A DNA stretch of 47,339 bases from Reclinomonas americana ATCC 50394 (lineage: Eukaryota), in contig PS015376.1 in NCBI GenBank assembly GCA_048213135.1, forward strand, positions 5,007 to 52,345, given 5' to 3'. The notes under the pieces were generated by a model that searched no databases, was not told the origin of the DNA, and was given only the letters and a program-made list of their open reading frames with translations. Made by a program: the position numbers and the translations under genes. Shown piece after piece: positions 1-11,379 of this stretch (position 1 is its first letter; every line of letters begins with the position of its first letter).

Positions 1-74
1 CTGCTGCTGCAGTGGAGGTTTGTCTGCAGTCGCCCCTCGTTGCTAGCACACATAGCTGACTTGCCTGTGCACAG

Positions 75-2566
75 GGCGAGGAGACCGATGCACAGACGGG
101 AGAGGCACCGGCGGCACCAGCATCGTCCGTGGTGAGCAAGGCACCGACGCAGTCGCGACCTCGGCCTCCACCGTATCGGTTTCTGGCGGTTCCGCCGCGC
201 TCCATGTCGGCGCTCGACTACGATGTGATGAAGGTCACGGCGCAGTTTGTGGCGCGCAATGGCCGCCAGTTTATGGAGCTGGTGTCGGGCCGTGAGCAGC
301 GCAATCCGCAGTTTGAGTTTCTGCGACCACATTCGCCGCACTACCCGCTGTTTCAGCAGCTGGTGGACGCGTACTCGGCGCTCATTGTGCTGCCAAAGGA
401 GGTGCTGGGGGATTTGAAGTCGGCGGCGTATGGCTCCGTGTCGGAGATCCTCGATCGCTGCCAGTGGAGGTGTGAGTGGGAGCGAGCGGATCGCGAACGG
501 CAGGAGCGGGAACGCGAGGCCGATGATCGGGAAATGGCCGAGTATCACGCCATTGACTGGCACGACTTTGTGGTGGTGGAGACGATTGATTTCTTCCCGG
601 GTGAGGATCCGGCGTTGCCGGCGCCACTCGTGCAGCCGCTCGGTCCCGATGGTGAGATGCAGCCGGTACGGCCGGTCACGGCGTCCGCGTTCACCGCGGG
701 GTTGTCGGCGGCGGCCCATGAGGTGGGCGAGTCGATGGATATGGATGAGGTGAGGAGGAAGGGGGCNNNNNNNNNNNNNNNNNNNNNNNNNNNNNNNNNN
801 NNNNNNNNNNNNNNNNNNNNNNNNNNNNNNNNNNNNNNNNNNNNNNNNNNNNNNNNNNNNNNNNNNNNNNNNNNNNNNNNNNNNNNNNNNNNNNNNNNNN
901 NNNNNNNNNNNNNNNNNNNNNNNNNNNNNNNNNNNNNNNNNNNNNNNNNNNNNNNNNNNNNNNNNNNNNNNNCCGGCGAGCAGCTGCGCATTGAGCTCAT
1001 TGACCCGCGCTACACCGAGTACAAGAAGAAGGAGGCGGAGAAGTTCAAGGAGGTCAACGTGGCCACCGGCAACGAAATGGCGTCGTCGCTGCGCTCGTTT
1101 GCCGCCAATCGATCGGACATTTTCGGTGAGGGCGACGAGACCGCCGCGCGCATGTCACTCTCGGCCAAGGACGAACGGGCAGTGTGGGACGGCTACAGCT
1201 CCTCGATTGAGGTCACCATGGCGGCGGCCGAGATGGCTGCCAGCAAGGCAGCCGCCGAGAAGAAGCTGGCCGAGGCACAAGGTCGCACGGCGCCCATGCA
1301 GCAGCCACCTCCATCGTCTGGTGGAATGGACCCGTCGTCCATGGTGGCGGCCGCGGCGGCACGTGCCGCTCAGGTTGTCGCCGGCATTGGCGGTGGTGGT
1401 GGTGGTGGTGGTGGTCCGCCTCCGCAGCAACTCGGCCGGCCGCCCATGCCGGGTGGCATGTACGGAGCTCCGGTGTATAGCATGGGCATGGGTGGACCGC
1501 CGGGAATGGGAGGACCGCCGCCACCGTACGGAATGCCTCCGGGTGGCATGATGCCGATGCACGGAATGCCGCCAGGAGGCGGGTACATGATGGGACCGCC
1601 GCCACCGCACCTTATGCAACACCAAATGCAGCAGCAGCAGCATCAACCACCGCAGCACATGGCACCGGTTGCGGAGCCGCCGCAAAAGAGACAGCGAATG
1701 GCTGCGGAGCTGATGGACGAGAACGAGTTTGCCGAGCGGTATCCGGGCGAGGCTGTTGTCACTGTGCAGTGCCCGCCCTCGGAGGTTTGTGAATCGCAAA
1801 CTGTGCTGTGTAAGTGTGNNNNNNNNNNNNNNNNNNNNNNNNNNNNNNNNNNNNNNNNNNNNNNNNNNNNNNNNNNNNNNNNNNNNNNNNNNNNNNNNNN
1901 NNNNNNNNNNNNNNNNNNNNNNNNNNNNNNNNNNNNNNNNNNNNNNNNNNNNNNNNNNNNNNNNNNNNNNNNNNNNNNNNNNNNNNNNNNNNNNNNNNNN
2001 NNNNNNNNNNNNNNNNNNNNNNNNNNNNNNNNNNNNNNNNNNNNNNNNNNNNNNNNNNNNNNNNNNNNNNNNNNNNNNNNNNNNNNNNNNNNNNNNNNNN
2101 NNNNNNNNNNNNNNNNNNNNNNNNNNNNNNNNNNNNNNNNNNNNNNNNNNNNNNNNNNNNNNNNNNNNNNNNNNNNNNNNNNNNNNNNNNNNNNNNNNNN
2201 NNNNNNNNNNNNNNNNNNNNNNNNNNNNNNNNNNNNNNNNNNNNNNNNNNNNNNNNNNNNNTGTGTTTCTCATCGGAGGAGACTATTTTTTTCGTTGCGC
2301 AGGGCAACGCCACGTACCAACAGTGGGGACTGGCCGGTCAGGCGATTCAAGTGACGCTGTCGTCGGTGCGGGAGACATTCACGGCTCTGAAGGAGGTGAT
2401 TCGTGCACAACTCGGCGACGGATCCATGCCCGCCAACAAGATGAAGTTGCAAGTAGGCGGCGTGTTTGTCAAGGACAATGTGTCACTGGCGTCGCAGAAT
2501 GTGGGCGGTGGGATGGAGAAGATGGTGGTGCTAGAGGTGAAGGAGCGTGGTGGTCGCAAGAAGTAA
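75..2566 (+). CDS. SF3A1: Splicing factor 3A subunit 1 (Prp21); 5' end lies outside the window; exons approx. 75-749, 974-1784, 2303-2566, with gaps
   Basis: SURP motif (VMKVTAQFVARNGRQFMELVSGREQRNPQFEFLRP), AIDWHDFVVVETIDF, RIELIDPRY, RSDIFG, VWDGY, a Pro/Met-rich linker and a C-terminal ubiquitin-like domain ending KERGGRKK; GT-AG junctions keep the frame. Confidence 0.96.
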
Positions 2567-3113
2567 GGTGATCTTTTGATGAGGGATGGGGAGTGGGAGA
2601 GTGGGAGAGAGAGAGAGAGAGAGAAGAGAGATGATGTGTGTGTGTGTGTGGTTATTAGTGAATGGCATGAGTGTGGGTGACATTTAATTTTCTGTGTGTA
2701 ACAGGAACGTCACTGATGAGAATGAAGNNNNNNNNNNNNNNNNNNNNNNNNNNNNNNNNNNNNNNNNNNNNNNNNNNNNNNNNNNNNNNNNNNNNNNNNN
2801 NNNNNNNNNNNNNNNNNNNNNNNNNNNNNNNNNNNNNNNNNNNNNNNNNNNNNNNNNNNNNNNNNNNNNNNNNNNNNNNNNNNNNNNNNNNNNNNNNNNN
2901 NNNNNNNNNNNNNNNNNNNNNNNNNNNNNNNNNNNNNNNNNNNNNNNNNNNNNNNNNNNNNNNNNNNNNNNNNNNNNNNNNNNNNNNNNNNNNNNNNNNN
3001 NNNNNNNNNNNNNNNNNNNNNNNNNNNNNNNNNNNNNNNNNNNNNNNNNNNNNNNNNNNNNNNNNNNNNNNNNNNNNNNNNNNNNNNNNNNNNNNNNNNN
3101 NNNNNNNNNNNNN

Positions 3114-3670
3114 TGACGATGTGGAAGTGCACTGCTTCCTCCTCCACGACCTGCCCAAGTCGCGAGCAATGTTGGTGCGTCGCACGGCCACGCAGGCATT
3201 ATCACTCGAGTACGATTCGTCTGCCTCTCCATCCTCCTCTGAGCCGTCGTCCTCCTCTGAGCCGTCGTCCTCCGAACCCGGCCGCCGGTGGCGTCGCGAA
3301 GAGCTCAGCAGATGGCGGTGGAACACACTCTCACTTCCGCGAGTTTCTGCCAAGGCCCCCAGCGCCTGCCAAGCCGAGTCTGTGGGGCGCTGCGTTGGCA
3401 CCGAGAGAGGGCGAGAGGGAGCAAGAAAAACACAACACACACCCTTCTCCATGTTCTTGCAGTACAGTTTGTAGTAGCAGTGTGCACGCAGGCGGTTAGC
3501 AGATTCGCAGGCCTCCTATGTGGGGCTGTGAGACGCGACCATGGTACCACACCCGGGCCCGTTCGACGCACCTGCACGAGCTGACCCCAGAAAGTCCATG
3601 TGTCGATCTCTCCGCGGTTGATGTACTCCTGGATGCGAGCGAGTGGCGTGATGCGCAGTACCGCTGCCAT
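3114..3670 (-). CDS. Hypothetical protein (exons 3670-3443 and 3389-gap), acidic repeat EDDGSEEDDGSEEDG; 3' end in the N gap
   Basis: ATG at 3670; a 53-nt GT-AG intron (3442-3390) joins two ORF-track frames in phase 0; no recognisable domain. Confidence 0.45.
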
Positions 3671-3850
3671 GAGTCTTGCTTGATCGGCGAAACGTTAAAG
3701 ACTGCACGACACCGCGCGAGCTGTCACATATTTACAGTAAACAAACAAGCGACTGCATTTGTAAGTAGTTGGCAGTACGTTTGTCAAGAACAGTATAAAT
3801 GCGGGCGGTGGTATGGAGATGGTGGTGACATTTATTTTTCTGTATCACTC

Positions 3851-6800
3851 TCACTGCTTCGCCATGCGCAACACCTCCCCCACTATGACGGTCAAGTACC
3901 GGGCAAACTCGACACCGTGTCCTTGGCGCGTCTCTGGTGTGCAATGTGCCAACTCGTGGAGCAGTACAGCGATGCAGTCGCCACGTGCGCGTCGTCGATC
4001 CTCGGCCGCAGTACACAAGTCGATGTTGATGTAGATGTCGATGGTGCGGTTCGCGGCGACGCGATCGTTGAAAACACACAAGCCGTCCAGTCGACGCGGA
4101 TTGGCGCGCGAGTGGAACAATTTGAGCTTGACGCTGTCGTCGCAGGAGCCCATCAGCAGCTTCTTCACCATCCGAAGCTTGTCCACTAGCGACAGGAAGC
4201 TGTCGACTGAGAATTTGGCATTCGTCAATTCGGCACACTCCGGCAGTCGCTCCCGCAGAAGACGCAAGACAGCAGCAGCCATCATTGGCTCTGGATTCCA
4301 CTTTTGTTCCTCGATCTCGTCCATCGACACGATCTGCTCTCCCACACAGTGAACATGCTGAGAACAATCGACGGCAAATCATGCAGCGAACCTTGCTATC
4401 GGCAGGCAGCTTGCTGTTGCAGTCGCCTTCCGACTTTGGGACTGCAACACCGGCACCGTGCTCGAGCAGTGCTTTCGTGCGCTCTTGCAGACACTGCGAG
4501 AGAGAGTGAGAGAGCACGTCAGCGGTGACAGCAGTACTTCCTCAGTGCTCCAGATACAAACCTTGAGCGAATCGATGCCTGGCCCACGCTGCGTGAACAT
4601 TGGCGTAAACCGGCGACGAGAATCGCGGCCTTTGCACGGGAGGTCAACCTCGTCTTCCTCGCCGTCGTCCGAAGGAGGTGGAAGTGGCAGCTGCGATTGA
4701 CCGGCGGCCTTCTTGTGCAACTCGATCGCACTGTACGCTTGCACAATGCCGTTGTCGGCCTCGGCCCTCGTCTGGCAGCGATCGGCGAACACATGCAACA
4801 CGGGTGATGCGTGAACGCGATTGTCAAAGAGCACCTTTCGATCCTGCATCAGGTCCTTCGGTCCGGAGAGGTGGAGACGTACAACGTTTCGCAGCGGCGA
4901 TGCACGAAGAATACGGTCGTGGCTCACACTCTCCACGTGTGCGCGATACTGCAGCGGGACAGCGTCCACCGAAACACCCCGTTGCTTGAACAGAGAGTCC
5001 AGCATGGCATGGACTGCTTTGCGCGGATGAGGATACGGGCCGTGAGCCGTCAGCAACCTGAAAACGGACGCCGAAACGGGCTGCGGCTTGCCCGAAAGGA
5101 GCGGAGCAAAGTCGCTGTTGGCGTCGTCAGTGGGCTGAGCGTCTGCGCCATACTTGTCCTTGAAGGCCTCCACCAGTACCTCGTATCCGCAGTCCTGGCA
5201 CTTGGCGAGACCGCGCACATCCTGCAGATTGTCGTCGCAGCGACCATCGCCAGTGCAGCACTTGTCGATCAACAATTTGGCCACCGCCTGTAGGCATGCG
5301 TGTGTCAGACTGAGACACATTCTCATGCACAAAAACACACATGCAGTGCGTGTTACTAACCCGTGCGACACTTTTTTCGCCAAGCAAAAGTTTGGACAGC
5401 ACTTTGCCGGCATGTTCGCGTAGGTCGGAAGGAGCAACCCAGTCGCGATCCCGGCCCACATGCGTCGCAGCCGGGAGGTTGTAGCCGCACAACAAAAGTC
5501 CGTCGTGGTCCTTCATCACTCGCGCGCCGGCCACGTACACCGCTTTCAAATTGGTGAAGATTCGGCGCTGCTGCCACGGACACGAAGCTCTGCCTCGAGC
5601 GCTGGCCACCGACAGAACATCAGGATTGGCGAGCAAGCGACTGGCAGGCCAGAAGCCGAGGTGGATGTCGCGAAAGAAGTCGAGCGACAGTGCCTTGCTG
5701 AGCTTGACGGGACGCTTGCACAGCCGCAGTGTGCCGTTGACGTGCGGGGAAGGGAAGCCAGGAGCCGGAGTCACGATCATCAGCACCCCCTGCGCNNNNN
5801 NNNNNNNNNNNNNNNNNNNNNNNNNNNNNNNNNNNNNNNNNNNNNNNNNNNNNNNNNNNNNNNNNNNNNNNNNNNNNNNNNNNNNNNNNNNNNNNNNNNN
5901 NNNNNNNNNNNNNNNNNNNNNNNNNNNNNNNNNNNNNNNNNNNGAGTGGTGGCGGCCATCTTCAGGCCCTCGCCGTGCCGCCCCGCCATTCCACTTCCAC
6001 CATGATCCTGCTTCGCCGAGCGACCGAATACGCGCAGGGCATCTTGCGGCAACGCGCCAACGTTCCAGCACGCAAACATCTCGCCGTACCGCAGAAACCA
6101 CGCCACGCACTGCCGGTGTTCGGAGCGGTTCTCAGTGGCGAACTGCTGGAACATCCAACCACCAAGGGAACCGCTCGCCGGATCAGCGAGCTCGGTGACC
6201 TCGTTGGCAAAGGTGTGCGTGGCCGGTGAATGATGCACGCACACGGCATCAAAGGCGTTCTGCACCAGCTCTCGCATCGCCGCCGACAAGTCCCACGTGC
6301 CGTCCACCGAGCCGAAACTGGCCGTCACGTTCAAGTGATGGATGTTGCTTGCCGAAAGCTCGTGCGCGAGCGGCGTGGCAAAGTCGACCAGGCGCTTCAC
6401 CTGTGTGGCGACAAGAACTGAGCATGGGCATGATGCAGAGCAGGAGGTGGAAGGAAAATACCTCACTGTTGAATAGCCTGCGCAGCCTCTCAGAGTCGTC
6501 GCCAGGCGCAGGCGGCACCAAGTCCTGTGGCTTCGGCAGCCTCCTCGACTTCTTGCGTCGCGAAGCTCTCTCATCATCATCGTCGACATCATCACCATCG
6601 ACATCCATGTTTCCTGCACTGCTGCTGCATTCGTCGTCGTCACTCTCGTCGCTGTCGCTGTGAGCGGGAGAACCCACACGTTGCTTCTTGCGAGGGGGTT
6701 CGACAACAACAACTGCGTGGTCGTCCGTGTCGCCTGTGGGGGACAGAGGGGCTGGTGGTGGTCGTGCCTCAAAGACGTTCTTCGTCGACACAGGTGATGC

Positions 6801-6854
6801 GTTGGCGGACGGCAAGGGAAAGGAAACACGAGGCCGAGACGGAGGTGTGTCCAT
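3851..6854 (-). CDS. GHKL (HSP90/MutL/MORC-like) ATPase fused to a C-terminal HExxH zincin (SprT/WLM-like) metallopeptidase; exons 6854-6462, 6400-gap, approx. 5790-5361, 5287-4562, 4493-4392, 4333-3851
   Basis: N-box AMRELVQNAFDA (approx. 6277-6245), G2 box GRHGEGLK (approx. 5983-5960), transducer-like YVAG...GYNL...RDRD, and LLHELAH-x8-HGVEF (approx. 3964-3905); all four visible introns are GT-AG and phase 0. Confidence 0.75.
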
Positions 6855-7063
6855 TCTCTGCGTGCGAGGGCGAGAGTAATGATGGGGGGTAGAAGGAGAA
6901 TCGAGGCATTGTCGAGTTGTTGTCGTGATGCGTCAAGTTGGTGGAGTTGGTGGGTGGGTTTGGTGGGCAGGCGACAACCCGGCAAGTTCATTCCCGCTCG
7001 CGCCTAGGAGGACAATCGTTGCAAATCCATCATACACTCGCTGCCTTGAGAGTTGACAACAAC

Positions 7064-9227
7064 ATGTCATACGTCCCTCCTCATCGGCGTCCGGGTGCGA
7101 TCCCTCTTCGGCATTCGGCTGTCGAGGACAAGCTTGCTGAGCTGGAAGGCCTCGCGCGAGATGTTGGCATCTCTGGGCTGATTGACCAGATGATGGTGCG
7201 TGGCATCTCACACGATCGTTGTCTATAGAGGATGTTTCACCGAGAGGGCAGTTTTGTTAAGTCTGTGGTGTGGGAGGTCGTCATCTATTTTGTTGTCACC
7301 TTCTCTGATTGTGCTTCCTCTGTGCTTCCCCCGTTGCCTCGTCATGCCATTGAGTACCCTCCTCGTAGTCCTTGAGCTTTGTACGTGCACGATGATTGCT
7401 TGATTCACCGCGGTGATGCCACTTTTGTGCACACAGACAGCCGTTCATTTGGGGGGTGCATCTTGTCTTACTTTTGTCAACGATGTACGGTTACACGCAC
7501 TGTTGCGCACGTAGACGTACACGCTCCACACGTAGACGTACACGTACACGCTCCACACGCACACGTACGATCGTGCCCAGAGTGGAAGACAAGTTCTCTC
7601 GCACTCGTGATGCATGGGCGTTGTTTTCTGAATACTTTTCTATCTCATCGTTCCTGCAGCTGCTGTATCTTACCTTGCCCCTGCAGTCGTTTGCATGTTT
7701 GCACATGCCTCGAGAGCAAAGCTTGATGATGCGTTAAACTGTGTCATTCCGTGCAGAATTTGAATCAGCGTTGCGAGGCCTATGTCAACAAGTGGGTGGA
7801 TCCTGTCGCCAGCTTGCGCTTTGGGCTTCAAAAGGGCCGCACGGAGGGCATGGATGCCACTGAGCGGCAGCACCTCTTTCGATCAGCGGTTCAACAAATC
7901 TTCGCCAATTACGAGGGCACTGTCCAGCACATGGTGGCTGATTTCGTCCTCACACTGCTGAGTGTCCACATTGTCATCGTCCTTCATGGAGCTGGCTTTC
8001 GCGACGCCGGAAGCAACGACTGTGCGGCGGCAATCACCGCTTTGGAGGATTCGTGGCGCTTCCCACAGCATTGGCTTACCATCTTGAAGAGTTTTGTGTC
8101 TCAGGTACGCTGCGTTTCTGACGCAAGCGATTTGATTCCTGTAGCCATGTTCTCACGGCTCGACGCGCTCGCAGGGTGCCAGTGCACGTGTCGAGTTGAA
8201 GACGAACAACGTAGTGTTCGGCGCCTTCACGACTCGGCGCGATTTTCGACGACAGTTTATTCGCCTTAACGGAAACCAAGGTGGGCTGTCGGACAGCGGT
8301 CGTCGTGGCATTGATATGGTGTTCAAGAGCATCTGCGGAGGATGGTTGTCGCCGGTTGACCTGCCAGCTGAAGGCCTCAAGAAGGATCTGTTCATTACGT
8401 TCCTTTGGCGCCCAGCAAATCTCTTGGTCATGCCGGAGGTCATTAAGGTCGACTGTGACATTGCTTACGAGCTACAGCAACTGTTTTACGGTGCACGTAA
8501 CATCTTCTGCCACGGAACTCCGTACGCCACACAGCACGGAGCTCTGGATCCGCCATCTAGGACACACAAGTTTCTCACTGGCGAGAAGCGCCAAAATCTT
8601 ACTGCAGATCCGCGACGCTCTGTGTTGAAGAACTTATTCAAGCCAGGCACGAACGTGCGTTGGTTGATGACTTCTGCCGCCGACAATGCAACTCATGAAC
8701 TTCGGAATTTCTACCGTGTCCTCCTGAAATGCGAGTCTCGCGATGACGTGAGCGTCGACATCAACCTTGTCCACAGCATGTCCTCGTTTTTTCGGCGCTG
8801 TCTTGGCTTTTACGTGCGATCACTGTGTCTGAGCACGTGGCAGAAGCTTGGCTTGCCAGTTTTCGGATTTTCTGTTGACGGTGTGGAATATGCATGGCGA
8901 TCTCCGATAGTGACAGCTTCCGCTGCAGCTGCCATGGCCACTATGCGCGTGCTGCCCCGTGACGCTTCCAATGACGACCGGAAGGCCCAGCTTACTCGTC
9001 GCATTCTTGTCAGGCTGGCGCATACGCATCCACACATGATTAGTGACTTGAAGGACGAATACGCTGAGCTGGCTCGCGATCGGCTTCATGGTGAGGCACC
9101 GGCCGCGGTCGATGTCGACGATGACGATATCGGTGACGATCACCACGACGAGGAGTCTGACGACGACGACGAGGAGGAGGAGGAGGTTGAGGCTTCAGGC
9201 TCTGGATCGGCTTCCGGATGTCGTTGA
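7064..9227 (+). CDS. Approx. 510-aa protein with a HEPN-like RxxxxH motif (putative RNase); exons 7064-7195, 7757-8104, 8175-9227
   Basis: Two phase-0 GT-AG introns join three ORF-track entries; helical context LQQLFYGARNIFCHG (R-N-I-F-C-H at 8496-8513); N-terminal MSYVPPHRR and an acidic tail. The gene model is stronger than the HEPN call. Confidence 0.6.
7505..7570. repeat. Short ACGT-rich tandem repeat (cacgtagacgtacacgctcca, 2-3 copies) in intron 1 of the HEPN-like gene
   Basis: Direct reading of the repeated units. Confidence 0.8.
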
Positions 9228-9480
9228 GAGCTTGACAATGAAGTATCTAGACCTGGTAGACACACACTATTGTCGTGGTTATGTGTATCTGCTGTCATGT
9301 ACTACATATACAGCTCGCCTGCAACCTTTATTCTACCGTATCTCCTGTTACACACCGTCAATCCTGTGTCACTATCATTGACGAGAATCGATTGAACTGG
9401 CGCGGCAGTGACCACCATCGCTCCTCTCCGGACTCAATATAAATTCAAGCCACACCGGTGCCGTTGACGACCACGGCAAC

Positions 9481-10943
9481 CTAACCGACGGCCGAGCTGC
9501 CGAGAACACCTGGAGCGTACTTGCCGAGCAAGTCAACGAGCATCTCTGCAAGTCTGCGACGAGCGTCCACGAGAACGGAATTCTCCGCACCATCTCGTCC
9601 GTTCTCCAGCCGATGCCTCACGACTTGGAACACGGAAGCCGGATAAATGCGTTTCGGGCAGCAGTTCTCCACACCGTCCAACATCAACCAGCAGCGGAAG
9701 TCCAGGTGAAGCAGCGCCTCCACGGCGCTATTCATCATGGCGTCCTAATCAGTGACACAGTTTCGCCACACTTGAAATGCCTCCTCGAACGTCAACGGAG
9801 AGAACGTGGTCCACTCGTCGCGGAGAGCAGGGGCCACGTCAAAGTGGTCGTCGTTGATGAACGGGACCAGCAACGTCTGATTCTTCTCCCACATTTTGAC
9901 CAAGAGGGCGCTGCGGAAGCGTCCAACCTTGGCAGTGGTGTAGCCTTGGTCAGGCTCATTGCGCGTGCGGTCCAACGTGGCGTCGATGATGTTTTCGAGG
10001 GCGCGTGGTGTGGACCCGGCCAGAAAGAGACAAAGGTGGAGCAGCTCCACCGCACCTTCTTCGAATTCACCGCCGACCAAGTTGATGCGGAGCACAGCCG
10101 CCGCAGTTCGAGTGTCGACAGGAGTGCTGCAATGGAGGCGGTCGGTGCGGTACTTGGTGCCGTTCAGGTTGGGCGCGTTGTTGAGACCGGGGAACTCGCC
10201 GCGAAGCGCAGGGCTCGCATTGCACGTGATCAGCATGGGCAGATCTAGAACCGCAGCAGATCCGCACAGGTTGGTGCTGATGAAGCCCGAGGCCTGATCG
10301 CCGAGAAAGGTGAGTTCGGCGAGTGTTCCCAGTGCCACATCTGCAAGCTGAGCTGCGCGCGAGTCCACCAGTACGTCAACGCCGCCCAGGCGGTACAACT
10401 GATCCAACTCGTCCACCAGCAGAAGCAGCCTCTTGTTGTGTCGCTGTGTAGGGTGTCGATGAGCCGCAGTTCTGTGCTCACGTCCTCGCGGACGCGCATG
10501 CCGTGCGTCTGCGCCAGGCAATCCTGCACGACTTGCATCACGCTCTTGCGGCCCACGACACAGTCCGGCGCGGAGAAATCCGCATAGTTGACGTGCACGG
10601 CAATCACATCGGGGAAGAAGACGCCGCACAGGTCCGTCCACGTGCGCAACACGGTCGTCTTGCCGATACCCACGCCACCAACAAACAGCGATGAACCGAC
10701 ACCTCGCTTGCCGACAAACGCGCCACGCTGCAACATCGCAGTGGTCCACGCAAGGCGATGATACAGCTGCTGGTGCACGGGCGTCCGGAAGCACGGCACC
10801 GGCGCAAGCCGATCCACTGCATCCATCACCGCCTCTGCCGTGAGCGGCTGCGCGAGTGGCGCCATCCCAAGCGCATCCTTCAGCCGTCGCGTGTGATCAG
10901 GCGGCGGCGACCACACAGCAGCGCGCACAGCTCCTCTGAACAT
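9481..10943 (-). pseudogene. Intronless P-loop NTPase (STAND/Crinkler-NTPase-like), disrupted by a frameshift near 10445 and an in-frame TAG at 9747-9745
   Basis: Walker A GGVGIGKT (approx. 10679-10656) is in one frame and Walker B LLLLVDELDQLY in another; removing one CA from ctacacagcga joins them (..IDTLQRHNKRLLLLVDE..); ORF 9738-9481 continues in frame after the TAG. Confidence 0.72.
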
Positions 10944-11379
10944 CTACAAAGTCGCGCGGGACTTGCATGTACAACGTTAACATGCTACCGCCAATTACAC
11001 AAGGAGTCGCTGACGACGAGAGAGAGCCGAGTGATTGGGAGCCGCGACAGACGCGACGAAGTTGTCCACTACACTCAAATTTTCTTTCTTGCGCTCCCCA
11101 CAAGCCAACACCACCACGTGGTCTCCGGAGATCGGTCGGACCGCCACTCTCACAGCAGCAACCACAGCACCTCACGCAGCCGCCACCATTACCTCCACCA
11201 CCGAAAGCTCCCCTCTGTTGCGAGTCGGCACCACCACCACAACAACAACCAAGCAACACCAACAAGCGCGTCCTCTTCTTCTTCCTGCCTCGTCGTCGAC
11301 CACTACAGCAGCAACAACGGCGTCGCGGTACTCGGCAGCAGCAGCCACCACGGCCGGTTCAGGCAGTGGCGCAGGCGCC

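Noticed and set aside
9613-10248. Long antisense ORFs (for example 9613-10248, 15097-15714, 37217-38431, 41574-42251)
   Set aside because: Shadow ORFs caused by GC-rich codon usage on the opposite strand of real genes; no motifs
9481-10946. TAG stop-codon reassignment suggested by in-frame TAGs in the NTPase
   Set aside because: No internal TAG was seen in the conserved exons of ACC, PSMA3, VPS39 or SF3A1; gpt and PSMA3 end in TAG; the same gene also has a frameshift
2567-11000. Transposon boundaries or transposase/integrase for the accessory island
   Set aside because: No terminal repeats, target-site duplication or DDE/tyrosine-recombinase motifs were recognisable; the left edge is unsequenced
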